Notes: a model not told the origin generated them from the letters alone. 64,000 nt of DNA from Sedimentisphaerales bacterium (GCA_963663965.2 CAXXFK010000035.1:1-64000), one strand, 5' to 3'. Positions 27,745-37,786 are shown, counted from the first letter of the stretch. A program made the numbers and translations.

Positions 27745-28695
27745 TTATTTTACATTTAGCTCATTTTCAGGATTAAGTTCAATCAACAAGGTCCTGGCCC
27801 GGTTTTCCCATTCTGTCCCGCTCCAACGAACCTGGATAGCTTTAAGTTGGTGACAGGCTGCTTCAATTTTATGCGTACGGATATAAAAATCGACAACCTC
27901 GAAATCCTTTAATGCCTGATAGGCATGGATAGCGTCAATTCGATTATCGACCTGTAAATCAACCGCCTGTTTGGGAAACTCCAACTTATATTGTTCGTAA
28001 CGGATCAATGCCTCATCCAGACAACCGGTATCATATAGAATTCCCTGAAATTGCGCGTAACTGGCTTCAGCCACCAGATACATTGCCCGCTGGTATTCTT
28101 TACAGCGCGGATAGTTTTCGATAATTATATGGCATGTCTGCTGGGCTTCGATATACATTTTCCGGTTATAATAATGTTCTGCCTGCATTAACAGGGCCCG
28201 GGACGCCAATTCCGATCCTGGCCATCGCTGTTCAGTGCGTTCGAGAATTTTAATGCCTTCCAGGCGTGTTGGCAGAATAATTAATCCAAGAACATGACGT
28301 TTCCAACCTCCCAGAAATATTTCTGCCAGATCCACTTCTTCAAAAAGCGATTGTTCATAAAACTTGCTGGAAACATATTGATCAAGCAGTTTTTCATAAT
28401 ATTTAAAAGAGCGATAATATTTTTGGGTCTGAAAATTTCCCCTCGCTTGATAATAGATCGCATGATCTATCCAGACAGAATTTTTGTTCTTTTTTTCCCA
28501 TTTTCTGGAAATTCTGGCAGCTTCTCCAGGTTTCCCTTCATTAAGAAACTGGCCGGCCCGCACCAGTTCATCTGGGACTGGTTGCTTTTCCTGAGCAGAC
28601 AGATCAATGATTGTTTGGTCAGTTTTAGGCTGGCTACATCCATTAACGCCAGTGATGATAATTATTGAAAGACATATCATTAACCATTTTGTCAT
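27745..28695 (-). CDS. bamD: Outer membrane assembly lipoprotein BamD-like (TPR)
   Basis: Lipobox VNGC, TPR helices, YDTGCLDEA, KDFEVVDFY. Confidence 0.75.
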   Translation of the reverse strand: MTKWLMICLSIIIITGVNGCSQPKTDQTIIDLSAQEKQPVPDELVRAGQFLNEGKPGEAARISRKWEKKNKNSVWIDHAIYYQARGNFQTQKYYRSFKYYEKLLDQYVSSKFYEQSLFEEVDLAEIFLGGWKRHVLGLIILPTRLEGIKILERTEQRWPGSELASRALLMQAEHYYNRKMYIEAQQTCHIIIENYPRCKEYQRAMYLVAEASYAQFQGILYDTGCLDEALIRYEQYKLEFPKQAVDLQVDNRIDAIHAYQALKDFEVVDFYIRTHKIEAACHQLKAIQVRWSGTEWENRARTLLIELNPENELNVK

Positions 28696-29061
28696 AAGAC
28701 ATTCCTGTGGGCCTGTTGTTCTAAAGAATTATTCGGAAGGAACAGGGTTAGAATTAACTATCATGCTAATTCTAGAAAATTAGACATAATTATTTTGTTA
28801 GATTATACTTACTGTTTTCCGGATTGCAATCAGAAACAATCTTGATAATATGGTACACTTACCGGCATTCGTTCCGATTTATTCTAAACAACAGCATCAC
28901 GCTGTCTCTTGTTTTAATTTGAGCGGCGTAAATCAGATACAAAAATCCTGAATTTTATGATATTGAATTTTTATGGCAGCCTCATTGATTCATAACAAAT
29001 TAAAAATAATAGAGTTATATAAAATATTGAGAAGTTTTCGTACTAGTGCAACAAGAGAATT

Positions 29062-30789
29062 ATGGCTCGTATAGCTTTCTTATGTTATAAAAATCCTGCT
29101 CTGGCATTAATTGCTACTGGGCTGGCTGAATCGATTTGTGGCGAACAACATCAAATATCCGCCGCTACAGTCGAAAGCATCCCAATGGTTCATGCCGCAG
29201 TCAAAGCGATGGCTGAATCGAATATTGATATTCTGGGACAGCGCTGCAGGTCATTATCAGTTTTTCTTAAACGTCCTTTCGATTTAATTATCGTTCTGGA
29301 AAATGAAGCTCTTTCATATTGCAGTGATCTTCCAGGACGAGAAACGGTTTTACACTGGGAACTACCGGATAAAGAGCCTGCGGATGTGGAGGCATGCCGA
29401 GAGTGGCGCGACATGTTATCCAAGAAGGTATCTATCTTATTTACAGAAGGTTATCTTGAAACCATCTTAACATTGAAGGGGAATCAGGAGTCTATACTGG
29501 ACGATTTTCCGGATGGCATTATTGTTCATGATCTCAACCGCAGGATCAGCTTTTTTAATATTGCAGCAGAAAAAATTACAGGCTATAGCAGAAACCAGAT
29601 ACTTGGTCGAGACTGCCATGAAGTTTTTTCGGGTGGTTTTTGTGCTGGGAAGTGTTCTTTCTGTGATGGAAAACCGGATCCTGAAGACAAATTCGAATAT
29701 TCACTTAACTTATCAGACAGAGAAGGTCGGCCCAAAAAACTTGAAATGTCAGTTTCTTGTATCCGTAATGCCAACGGACATATCCAGGGCGTATTGGCCT
29801 GTTTTCGTGATGAAACTGAGGTCAGCGATTTGCGTAAACGGTTGCATAATATCACCCATTTTGAGGGAATCATCGGCCGGGACGCCAAGATGCAAGCTAT
29901 CTATCAACTCATTCAGGACCTGGGTGAAAGTGATTGTTCGGTATTAATTCAGGGGGAAAGTGGAACTGGAAAAGAATTGGTTGCCAATGCTATTCATGGT
30001 GAAAGCGTTCGCGCCGGCAAACCTTTTATCTCAGTCAATTGCGGCGCCTTGCCGGAGGGTGTATTGGAAAGCGAACTATTCGGTCACGTTAAAGGGGCAT
30101 TTACCGGCGCGATTCGCGACAAAAAAGGGAGATTTGAACTGGCAAATGGCGGTACACTGTTTTTAGATGAAGTAGCGGAATTGACGCCAAATATGCAAGT
30201 AAAATTACTACGGGTATTACAAGAAGGAACCTTTGAACCGGTTGGGGGAGAGAAAACCATACAAGTCGATGTACGTATTTTAAGCGCGACGAATCGGAAT
30301 CTGCGTGAAATGGCTCGTCAGGGGGAATTTCGGGAAGATTTATTCTATCGTTTATGTGTTGTGCCAATTGAATTGCCACCATTAAGACAAAGGCGTACTG
30401 ATATCCCATTATTGATCGATCATTTTATCGGGTTATACAATGAACGACATGGCCGCCAGATCGAATCGATGAGCAATCAGGCGATGGAATTATTGCTGGA
30501 CCATGCCTGGACAGGGAATATTCGAGAATTACAGAATGCCATCCAATATGCTTTTGTAAAATGCAAAAACCGTATCATAGAACCGGAACATTTACCCATG
30601 GAGATTTCAGGTCGTACAGGAACCTATCTGGATATTAAACTCGCACGACGCAAGCGCAAGCGTAAACTGGATATCGCTCAGGTACATAAAGCCATGGAAG
30701 AGGTAAATGGGAATAAAGCAGAAGCAGCCAGGGTACTGGGTATTGGCCGGGCAACTCTCTACCGAATTCTACGGGATCAGAGAGTATAA
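29062..30789 (+). CDS. Sigma-54-dependent activator: LMW-PTP/ArsC-like domain + PAS + AAA+ + Fis HTH
   Basis: GESGTGKE, GAFTGA, FREDLFYRL, GNIREL, GNKAEAARVLGIGRATLYR; N-terminus resembles ArsC (IAFLC..N, FDLII, HWELPD). Confidence 0.9.
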   Translation: MARIAFLCYKNPALALIATGLAESICGEQHQISAATVESIPMVHAAVKAMAESNIDILGQRCRSLSVFLKRPFDLIIVLENEALSYCSDLPGRETVLHWELPDKEPADVEACREWRDMLSKKVSILFTEGYLETILTLKGNQESILDDFPDGIIVHDLNRRISFFNIAAEKITGYSRNQILGRDCHEVFSGGFCAGKCSFCDGKPDPEDKFEYSLNLSDREGRPKKLEMSVSCIRNANGHIQGVLACFRDETEVSDLRKRLHNITHFEGIIGRDAKMQAIYQLIQDLGESDCSVLIQGESGTGKELVANAIHGESVRAGKPFISVNCGALPEGVLESELFGHVKGAFTGAIRDKKGRFELANGGTLFLDEVAELTPNMQVKLLRVLQEGTFEPVGGEKTIQVDVRILSATNRNLREMARQGEFREDLFYRLCVVPIELPPLRQRRTDIPLLIDHFIGLYNERHGRQIESMSNQAMELLLDHAWTGNIRELQNAIQYAFVKCKNRIIEPEHLPMEISGRTGTYLDIKLARRKRKRKLDIAQVHKAMEEVNGNKAEAARVLGIGRATLYRILRDQRV

Positions 30790-31077
30790 TACTTTGATCA
30801 GTTATAAAAGATATCACAAGAATTTATGATTGTTTTTTTGATAAGCATACTAGACGCTCAGAACCATAACATCCTATTCAAAAAATGGTTAGGAACATTA
30901 TTACAGGTTAATAACCCACCCGGTCGTTGAAATCTTTATTTTATGTGTCAATAATCCGTTAACAGCCGTATTGTATATAAAAGACGCCGTATTAACTCAT
31001 TCGCCCTATTTAAGTAAAACGATCCGAACGGCAGGCGTTCGGAATCTTAATGTGAACCCGATACCGAAGGAGTATCC

Positions 31078-32922
31078 ATGAAGAAATCACTTATTATCGC
31101 CATTTCATGCCTAATATTGACACAGAGCGTCTGGGGGCAATGGAAAATGGCAGAGAAATCAATTGTGAGTCGATGGGCCAGGGAAGTCACCCCAGAAAAC
31201 GCCTGGCAGGAATATCCCCGTCCCCAGATGGAACGCAGCGACTGGATGAACCTGAACGGCCTTTGGGATTATGCACTTCAGAATCGAACTAAAGCCGAAC
31301 CTAAAAATTATGATGGCAAAATCCTGGTTCCCTTCTGTGTTGAATCGTCATTATCCGGAGTTGGCCGGGAAGTGCTGCCTGAACATAAAATCTGGTATAA
31401 ACGGAGTTTTAAAGTACCCGCCGGGTGGTCTGGCAAACGGATCATTCTTAATTTCGAGGCGGTAGACTGGGAATGTGTCGTCTGGATTAATGGCGCCTGG
31501 CTGGGCGGCCATAAAGGGGGTTATGATCGGTTCAGTTTTGATATAACGGATTATTTAAAATCAGGTCAACAGGAATTAGTTGTTTCGGCCTGGGATCCAA
31601 CCAGCTATGGCACTCAGGCACGTGGCAAACAACAAAATTCCCCTCGCGGAATCTGGTATACCCCGGTCAGCGGGATCTGGCAGACCGTCTGGCTAGAGGC
31701 CGTTGCGCAGGAAGCAGCCATTCAGGAAATCAAGATCATTCCATCGGTTGATAACAGCAGTGTCACGGTGATTCCAATGGGTTTTGAGCCGGCCACCCAG
31801 AATCAGCAGGTCAAAGTCACGGTTCTTGACAATGGCAAATCGGTAGCCAGCGGCTCCGGCCAGTTGGACAAAGCTATAACTATTAAACTGAACAATCCCA
31901 AATTATGGTCACCCGACAGTCCTTATCTCTATGATCTCAAGATTGAACTCTCCAATGCCCCGGGGAATAATGCTGCTGGAAAAGTCGTCGATACGGTATC
32001 CAGCTATTTTGGCTTGAGAAAAATCAGTCTGATGGATGGGGCTAATGGCAAAGTCCTTGCCCTGAATAACCAACCGTTATTCCATTATGGACCGCTGGAT
32101 CAGGGCTGGTGGCCGGATGGTCTGCATACCCCACCTTCAGACGCGGGCATGAAATACGATCTGGAAATGACCAAGGCGATGGGCTTTAACATGATCCGTA
32201 AACACATTAAAGTGGAACCGGCCCGATGGTATTACTGGTGTGACAAACTGGGATTGATGATCTGGCAGGATATGCCCTCAGCCATGGTTGTGCCACGACC
32301 GGAAGCCCGCGAGTGGGGTCCTCAACATATCCGTGATGACGCACCAGACCTGTATCGCCGTAGTGACGCCGCCGCCCAGTTTGAATGGGAGTTAAGACGC
32401 ATGATCGATTTACGAGGTAATGCGCCATCGATCGTTATCTGGGTGCCATTTAATGAAGGCTGGTGCCAGTATGACACCTGCCGTATCACAGAGTTTGTCA
32501 AATCTTATGACCCGACCCGGTTAGTTAACTCCATTAGTGGCTGGGCCTTGCGGCCTTGCGGCGATGTTTATGATATTCACACCTATCAGGTTCAGGTGAC
32601 CGTTCCGGAGATGCAAAAAGACCGGGCGACTGTTATTGGTGAATATGGTGGTATTGGATATCCGGTTAAAGGGCATCTATGGAATCCTGAAATGCGTAAC
32701 TGGGGCTATCAAACCTACCAGAGCCAGGAAGAACTGCTGAAAAACTATATTCATAAGTTTAACCAGATCGTCGAGATGAAGAAAAACGGGTTATCCGCCG
32801 CCGTCTATACCCAGACAACCGACGTGGAAGGCGAAGTGAATGGCTTGATGACATACGACCGGGAGGTAATAAAGATCGAAGCCGATACGCTGAAGCAAAT
32901 GCATGACGTTTTATATCATTAA
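31078..32922 (+). CDS. Secreted glycoside hydrolase family 2 (beta-galactosidase-like)
   Basis: Signal peptide, EYPRPQ, LNGLW, SGIWQTVWLE, LDQGWWPDG, RKHIKVE, NEGW, GEYGG. Confidence 0.92.
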   Translation: MKKSLIIAISCLILTQSVWGQWKMAEKSIVSRWAREVTPENAWQEYPRPQMERSDWMNLNGLWDYALQNRTKAEPKNYDGKILVPFCVESSLSGVGREVLPEHKIWYKRSFKVPAGWSGKRIILNFEAVDWECVVWINGAWLGGHKGGYDRFSFDITDYLKSGQQELVVSAWDPTSYGTQARGKQQNSPRGIWYTPVSGIWQTVWLEAVAQEAAIQEIKIIPSVDNSSVTVIPMGFEPATQNQQVKVTVLDNGKSVASGSGQLDKAITIKLNNPKLWSPDSPYLYDLKIELSNAPGNNAAGKVVDTVSSYFGLRKISLMDGANGKVLALNNQPLFHYGPLDQGWWPDGLHTPPSDAGMKYDLEMTKAMGFNMIRKHIKVEPARWYYWCDKLGLMIWQDMPSAMVVPRPEAREWGPQHIRDDAPDLYRRSDAAAQFEWELRRMIDLRGNAPSIVIWVPFNEGWCQYDTCRITEFVKSYDPTRLVNSISGWALRPCGDVYDIHTYQVQVTVPEMQKDRATVIGEYGGIGYPVKGHLWNPEMRNWGYQTYQSQEELLKNYIHKFNQIVEMKKNGLSAAVYTQTTDVEGEVNGLMTYDREVIKIEADTLKQMHDVLYH

Positions 32923-32946
32923 CCAACAACAACTTCATCGATAAAT

Positions 32947-32990
32947 AAAAGCCCCCATACTGATTTACGCTTCGGTATGGGGGCTCTTTT
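32947..32990. terminator. Bidirectional terminator
   Basis: AGCCCCCATAC/GTATGGGGGCT stem flanked by A and T tracts. Confidence 0.8.
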
Positions 32991-33102
32991 CAAAATAGCT
33001 GAGCTGATACACGAGTATTGGTTATTCGCCAAATCAGGCAAAGAGCATTTGCTGTACCTGATCCAGGCGACAAATATTTATACTTTTTATTCAATCGTAC
33101 CG

Positions 33103-33297
33103 TTAATGATCCTGCTTCGATTTAGCACGATAGGCCGTTGTTGGAATCACACCCATACTGACGGCCACATTAATCATTTCACCAACATTGAGGCCGCCGT
33201 TGAGACGATGCAGTTCATAGAGAACCTGTTGGGCCTCGAGGTTGGCGATGGAACGTTCGCGTTGATTGACTTTGTTGTTTCTGACACGTTGTCTCAT
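33103..33297 (-). CDS. Small hypothetical protein (64 aa) downstream of an attenuator
   Basis: GGAGG RBS 5 nt before the ATG; only ORF between the attenuator and the terminator. Confidence 0.6.
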   Translation of the reverse strand: MRQRVRNNKVNQRERSIANLEAQQVLYELHRLNGGLNVGEMINVAVSMGVIPTTAYRAKSKQDH

Positions 33298-33380
33298 GAT
33301 AGCCTCCAGTGAGCCGGCTCTATGCGCAGAATCTGCGCGGGCACTTACGACTCTGTTGTAAGATTAAAAAAACCGTTAAC

Positions 33381-33465
33381 AAAAAAAGCCGCTGTCAGGT
33401 GGTTCTGGCAGCGGCTTTTTTAAATTTTGGATATTTATGTTCGTTTACCCGCCACTGCCAGGACC
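33381..33465 (-). promoter_or_regulatory. Transcription attenuator (antiterminator plus terminator)
   Basis: Terminator AAAAGCCGCTGCCAG-AACCAC-CTGACAGCGGCTTTTTTT; GGTCCTGGCAGTGGC (33451-33465) pairs 14/15 with its 5' arm. Confidence 0.8.
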
Positions 33466-33579
33466 TTTCACAAAATATTTCTTAATGCACGAGGTCTGCA
33501 TGGAAATACCGGAAGTCATGCGATGCCATGTGGCCGCATGCTTCAGGCTGGCAGATAGGATGGATCGGGTATTGAACAT
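33445..33579 (-). CDS. Putative leader peptide, 44 aa (MFNTRSILSASLKHAATWHRMTSGISMQTSCIKKYFVKGPGSGG)
   Basis: GAGG RBS; last codons overlap the antiterminator; below the ORF-track size cutoff. Confidence 0.65.
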   Translation of the reverse strand: MFNTRSILSASLKHAATWHRMTSGISMQTSCIKKYFVKGPGSGG

Positions 33580-33624
33580 TAATTGCCTCGTTACTATTTA
33601 CTAATAAAGATTACTTCTATATTG

Positions 33625-33653
33625 ACTATAGCCGCTAAACGGTCATTTGTCAA
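33625..33653 (-). promoter_or_regulatory. Sigma-70 promoter of the attenuated unit
   Basis: TTGACA-N17-TATAGT on the minus strand. Confidence 0.75.
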
Positions 33654-33731
33654 TATCATTCTAAAATAAATATCGTCATCAACATGGATTATCTTTATCT
33701 GAAAAGAATAAAACTCCAGTAATGATCAGAC

Positions 33732-34571
33732 TTAAGGAAACAGACGTTCGATTAACGCTTCAAACATAGCCCGGTTGTCTCCAGGCCCGGTTCCACTCCC
33801 GGTAGCTACCGTAATATTGCCCCAACGCCCGTTGGTTTCGTTATCGACAGAACACAATAGTTTATCATCACAGAAATTCACATGGCCATCACCAAACAAG
33901 GTATTAAAGCCCTCAGGATTTCCAGCCCGGCCATGCGATCTATGATTATTGGTAATCCAATGATAAATAAAATCAAAAACAACCGGTTTGCTATTCAACT
34001 GGTCAAGCGTTTTTTTGCCATGGACCCAGTAATCATAATTCAGCCGAATCAGATCATCACCCGGCAGGAAATAAGTTCCCCAATGACCATCCTGGGTGTA
34101 AGCTTCATAGGTATATTTCCGGACATAATCCGATTCTCTATTCTGCTGACTGATGCAATAAAGCATTTCAGGCTTATCTACGTAACCTTTGCCCGAATAA
34201 GCATTGTAGAGTTTACCCAGTTGAAAAGATTTTAACTGGTCCGTCGTCCCGGATTTAAATTTGCCACCAATGTGAGTAATATAGGCCTGAAAGGGCTGAT
34301 AAGTATTACCCGGTTTGCTGTAATCATAACTTTCATTGCCCGTATTACGGTCAACCTGAGGCGGGATTCTAAGGTTATTATCTTCTTCATAGCAACGCAA
34401 AGCCAAGCCCATACTGTGAAGATGGGAACTGCACACCTGACGTTTGGCGGCCATCCGCGCCTTATTGAGTGCCGGCATGAGAATAGCCACCAGCAAAGCA
34501 ATGATGGAAACTACTACTAACAATTCAATCAGAGTAAAACCATGACTTTTTTTTGTTCCAGGGTACGTCAT
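33732..34571 (-). CDS. Prepilin-type N-terminal cleavage/methylation protein with H-X9-DG-like C-terminus (DUF1559-like)
   Basis: GFTLIELLVVVSIIALLVAILMPAL and C-terminal H...FNTLFGDGHV. Confidence 0.9.
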   Translation of the reverse strand: MTYPGTKKSHGFTLIELLVVVSIIALLVAILMPALNKARMAAKRQVCSSHLHSMGLALRCYEEDNNLRIPPQVDRNTGNESYDYSKPGNTYQPFQAYITHIGGKFKSGTTDQLKSFQLGKLYNAYSGKGYVDKPEMLYCISQQNRESDYVRKYTYEAYTQDGHWGTYFLPGDDLIRLNYDYWVHGKKTLDQLNSKPVVFDFIYHWITNNHRSHGRAGNPEGFNTLFGDGHVNFCDDKLLCSVDNETNGRWGNITVATGSGTGPGDNRAMFEALIERLFP

Positions 34572-34976
34572 AGAAACGCTCCTATATAAAAGACCAAAAC
34601 ACTATTTTAACCGTTTTAATATCTCAAATATTGAGTAAATTCCATAAAACCTAATTGAATAATCACAAAAATTTTCACGAGAATCAACTGGGTTGGGATG
34701 GATAGTCAATCAGAAACTTACCAAAAAACTCTCTGTTCTTCCCGTCAATGATATTCATCATAGAATTATTCAATACTGACCACTCAACGAGTATCAAGAT
34801 GCCGTAAAAAATAATTCAAAATACTATTCAGAACTACTATAAATTCGATAACCAAGATATCAATATTATGACATCACCGGTTGCTGAAATCAACTATTTT
34901 TCGTACAAATAAGCCGTTTTCAGTTATTCATATATGGAACTTTTCATATTTCACATTTGAATAAAACTATCAAAAA

Positions 34977-36476
34977 TCACGATGTTTCGCTGGATTCTTC
35001 GCGACCAACGGTGCGGATACAGGCGTGGATATCATAAAAATGGGCTTTACGAAGATACTGGGTAACCAGAGACAATACGTAGCCAAAACCGCCATCCCCC
35101 GCCAGTTCGGGATCGTAGATATCGATACGCCAGTCATTATCCAGAATGGGCCAGGCCTTTTTCAGGATATTGCGTTCCACGAGTTTGGCGACGATACGAT
35201 TGTCGGCGTTGCGAACGTAAAACTTACGACGCAAGGCAATCGAAGCGGTAAATACCCAGGAGCCAAAGAAATCCATATCGACATCGTATGAGCGACTCCG
35301 GAAAATCAGTTTATAGCCGGGCCCCCAATCGAGCAGGCGCCGCAGGCCCATCTTATCCCAGCGCTCGAAGGTGTTGGCATCGAGTCCGCCCACACTATCT
35401 TCAAGATCATCATCCATTTCTTCTTCGATATCGATATCGCCATCATCCCCCCGTTTAATGTTAAAACGCAAACACATCAGGCATTTTTCATCATGAGCAT
35501 AACTGTCACCAAAAGCCCTGGTGGATTTGGAGCGGGTACGACGGGGTGATTCTTCCATGTAGGCACGGCGCACCAGGGTTTTGCTCTGGCCATCGACCGT
35601 CAATAAATATCTGATAAAAACCCGCTTGGAATCGACCTGACCTTCGCTGATTCCACGCGGTTCAATATCGGTTTTATAGGAAATATAGGTATGTTCAAGG
35701 GCGCTTCGGGTGGGATAATTAAATGCCGTCACCGCCACACAGATACGTTCATTCTCATCGGTATTGGTGGCCCAGTCCGGCAGGTGGACACCTGCTTTAC
35801 CCAAAAACGGCAAGAGGCGGACTTTACGCCCAATAACCCAGTTTTTCCAGGAAAGTTTTTCTGTCAGCCAAGCATAGCCATTCACCTCGACCCGGCGTAA
35901 GGTGGGCCCATGTTTACGGGAGGCAGCCAAACCAAATAATAACATAAAAATGATAACGCCTAGAAGTCCTGTTATTAATTTAGCAGTAATCTGTAACGCG
36001 GGCGCCAGATTAGCCAAAGCGTCACCTCCATGGTTCTGAATAATGCCAACTGACCCACGATAGAGCGAATCAAGCGGGCCCACTACGTAAAAGAGTAAGC
36101 CGGTTCCCGGCAATGCCAATGCCAGTAAAACCAGATATACCATCAAAAAATTCCATGGTTTAATATCCGAATCAGGTTCATTACCGGAAGGGTGGGCCGC
36201 AAGCCACTTTACTGTGGCGTTATGCTTGACATAAGCTTTGACCAGTTGACCTGCCAGCCATAACAGCAAGAGACCTGTTAGTAAAAAAGCCATTTTGAGC
36301 CAGGCGGCAGACCAACCGGTATTCGTCAAGGCTTCTGTCATGCTGTTTTGAAGCTTATCAAAGGATTGGCTTACCGATTCCTGCTTGAGCAACTGGCGAT
36401 TGACCAACTGAGCGCTGCCCAACAGGATACCATACAAAATCGTACCTTTGCCATATTCCCGAATCAGATCACGCAT
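34977..36476 (-). CDS. Membrane protein with a possible C-terminal LURP-one/scramblase-like beta domain
   Basis: About 4 TMs, then a soluble domain ending KFYVRNADNRIVAKL...DWRIDI; start moved to the ATG at 36476, directly after the LysE-family stop. Confidence 0.6.
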   Translation of the reverse strand: MRDLIREYGKGTILYGILLGSAQLVNRQLLKQESVSQSFDKLQNSMTEALTNTGWSAAWLKMAFLLTGLLLLWLAGQLVKAYVKHNATVKWLAAHPSGNEPDSDIKPWNFLMVYLVLLALALPGTGLLFYVVGPLDSLYRGSVGIIQNHGGDALANLAPALQITAKLITGLLGVIIFMLLFGLAASRKHGPTLRRVEVNGYAWLTEKLSWKNWVIGRKVRLLPFLGKAGVHLPDWATNTDENERICVAVTAFNYPTRSALEHTYISYKTDIEPRGISEGQVDSKRVFIRYLLTVDGQSKTLVRRAYMEESPRRTRSKSTRAFGDSYAHDEKCLMCLRFNIKRGDDGDIDIEEEMDDDLEDSVGGLDANTFERWDKMGLRRLLDWGPGYKLIFRSRSYDVDMDFFGSWVFTASIALRRKFYVRNADNRIVAKLVERNILKKAWPILDNDWRIDIYDPELAGDGGFGYVLSLVTQYLRKAHFYDIHACIRTVGREESSETS

Positions 36477-36477
36477 A

Positions 36478-37131
36478 TCATGTACCCCCGAAAAGGTTAA
36501 ACGATTCATAAATAAATCGCAGGCCAAAAACAAACATTGCCATTCCACAAATTACAATAATACCCTTTTGGAGTTTTCCTCCCATTAAGCGGGCACCTTT
36601 AAAGCTGGCTGATGACAGAATCGTAAACCATATCAGATCGCAAAGCCAGTGTAGTCCGGCGAATACGATAAAAATATGAATTCCAAATTCCCGAGCAATA
36701 CAAGCCCGGGATAATCCAATGGTAGCCCACCAAAGCAGGAAGAAGGAGTTTGTCGCGGTAAGGATAATTCCTAACCAGATTGGGTGGCTTTGATTTAGAA
36801 AAGAACTGGAATCATCAGTTTTTTTTAAACCGATCAAAGCCAGATAAGCCAACCAGAGCATAAACGCCCCGCCGATAAGAGAAATCCAGGCTCGAACGAG
36901 TTCATTTTCCAGAGCGACACCCATCCCCAGAAAGAGCAGGAACATAAGGGGGAATTCTACAATGCCATGGCCGATCGCAACCAGGGCGCCAGCAAACTGA
37001 GTGCGCAACCCGGCATTCAGAACGGCAACGGTAATCGCACCAGGCATCATGACTCCGGTGAGGGATATGGCAATCCATTGCAGGAGAAATCTGGCCGGAT
37101 TACCGTCTGTTATTAACAGAATATCAGACAT
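36478..37131 (-). CDS. LysE family translocator
   Basis: SLTGVMMPG, GHGIVE, TATNSFFLLWWAT. Confidence 0.85.
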   Translation of the reverse strand: MSDILLITDGNPARFLLQWIAISLTGVMMPGAITVAVLNAGLRTQFAGALVAIGHGIVEFPLMFLLFLGMGVALENELVRAWISLIGGAFMLWLAYLALIGLKKTDDSSSFLNQSHPIWLGIILTATNSFFLLWWATIGLSRACIAREFGIHIFIVFAGLHWLCDLIWFTILSSASFKGARLMGGKLQKGIIVICGMAMFVFGLRFIYESFNLFGGT

Positions 37132-37311
37132 ATCTGCTTTCTTTTCAATTAACTATGCATATCGGTTATAAATAATAACCGCATACAAATCATAAGTTTA
37201 AGGGAGCCGTATCAGTAACTATTATAAAAGTCCCCTTTTAGTCGGTCAAGTTGCTATGGTGTTACAACGTTATAAGAATCTGCTCTAGTGGTTTGTTTCA
37301 TAACCTTAAAT

Positions 37312-37558
37312 TAAAGTCAATAACCACATGCCCTTATCGCTATAATTGCCGTAAATGGCTTCGTTTGGTCACGACTACCAAACGAAAATGCAACTGAGCA
37401 CGGCTCACACCCAACACATAAAGGATTCATTTTTAATCGCACTCAAGAATAAAGCCGGCCTACAGGGCGATCTGGCATAAAACAGAACAATATTATAGTC
37501 ATATCGTATTATATATCAATGATTTATGTTATTTTTTTCATAGAATGGGTTCGTTTGG
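37312..37558 (-). repeat. Second array of composite CCAAACGAA(C/G)CCA-N19-TAA sites
   Basis: Boxes at 37546-37558 and 37356-37368 (minus); TAA begins at 37526 and 37336; 10-bp inverted repeat 37360-37386. Confidence 0.75.
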
Positions 37559-37698
37559 CAATTCACTCTATTAACGATCAAAATTAACCTGTTCATATTA
37601 AATTATCGGAGAGCGACCGTAGGGTATATTTCAATCGTTTGAGATTGTTTAAATATTGAACTGTTGGAATTATATGTCTTAGTTTTACTAACAGTCAA

Positions 37699-37736
37699 AC
37701 AAAATCCCGAGTTTATATTAATAATAAACTCGGGAT
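37699..37736 (-). terminator. Terminator after trpB2
   Basis: Perfect 13-bp inverted repeat ATCCCGAGTTTAT/ATAAACTCGGGAT with a T-rich tail. Confidence 0.75.
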
Positions 37737-37786
37737 ATCAATTTTATTACATGACACCCATCTAACTGGGCACACCAATAGAGCTA

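Noticed and set aside
27133..29017. Lone TAA-N19-TTA 25-mers (27133-27157, 28993-29017; also 37176-37200)
   Set aside because: They lack the 13-bp box, and such patterns are expected by chance in AT-rich spacers.
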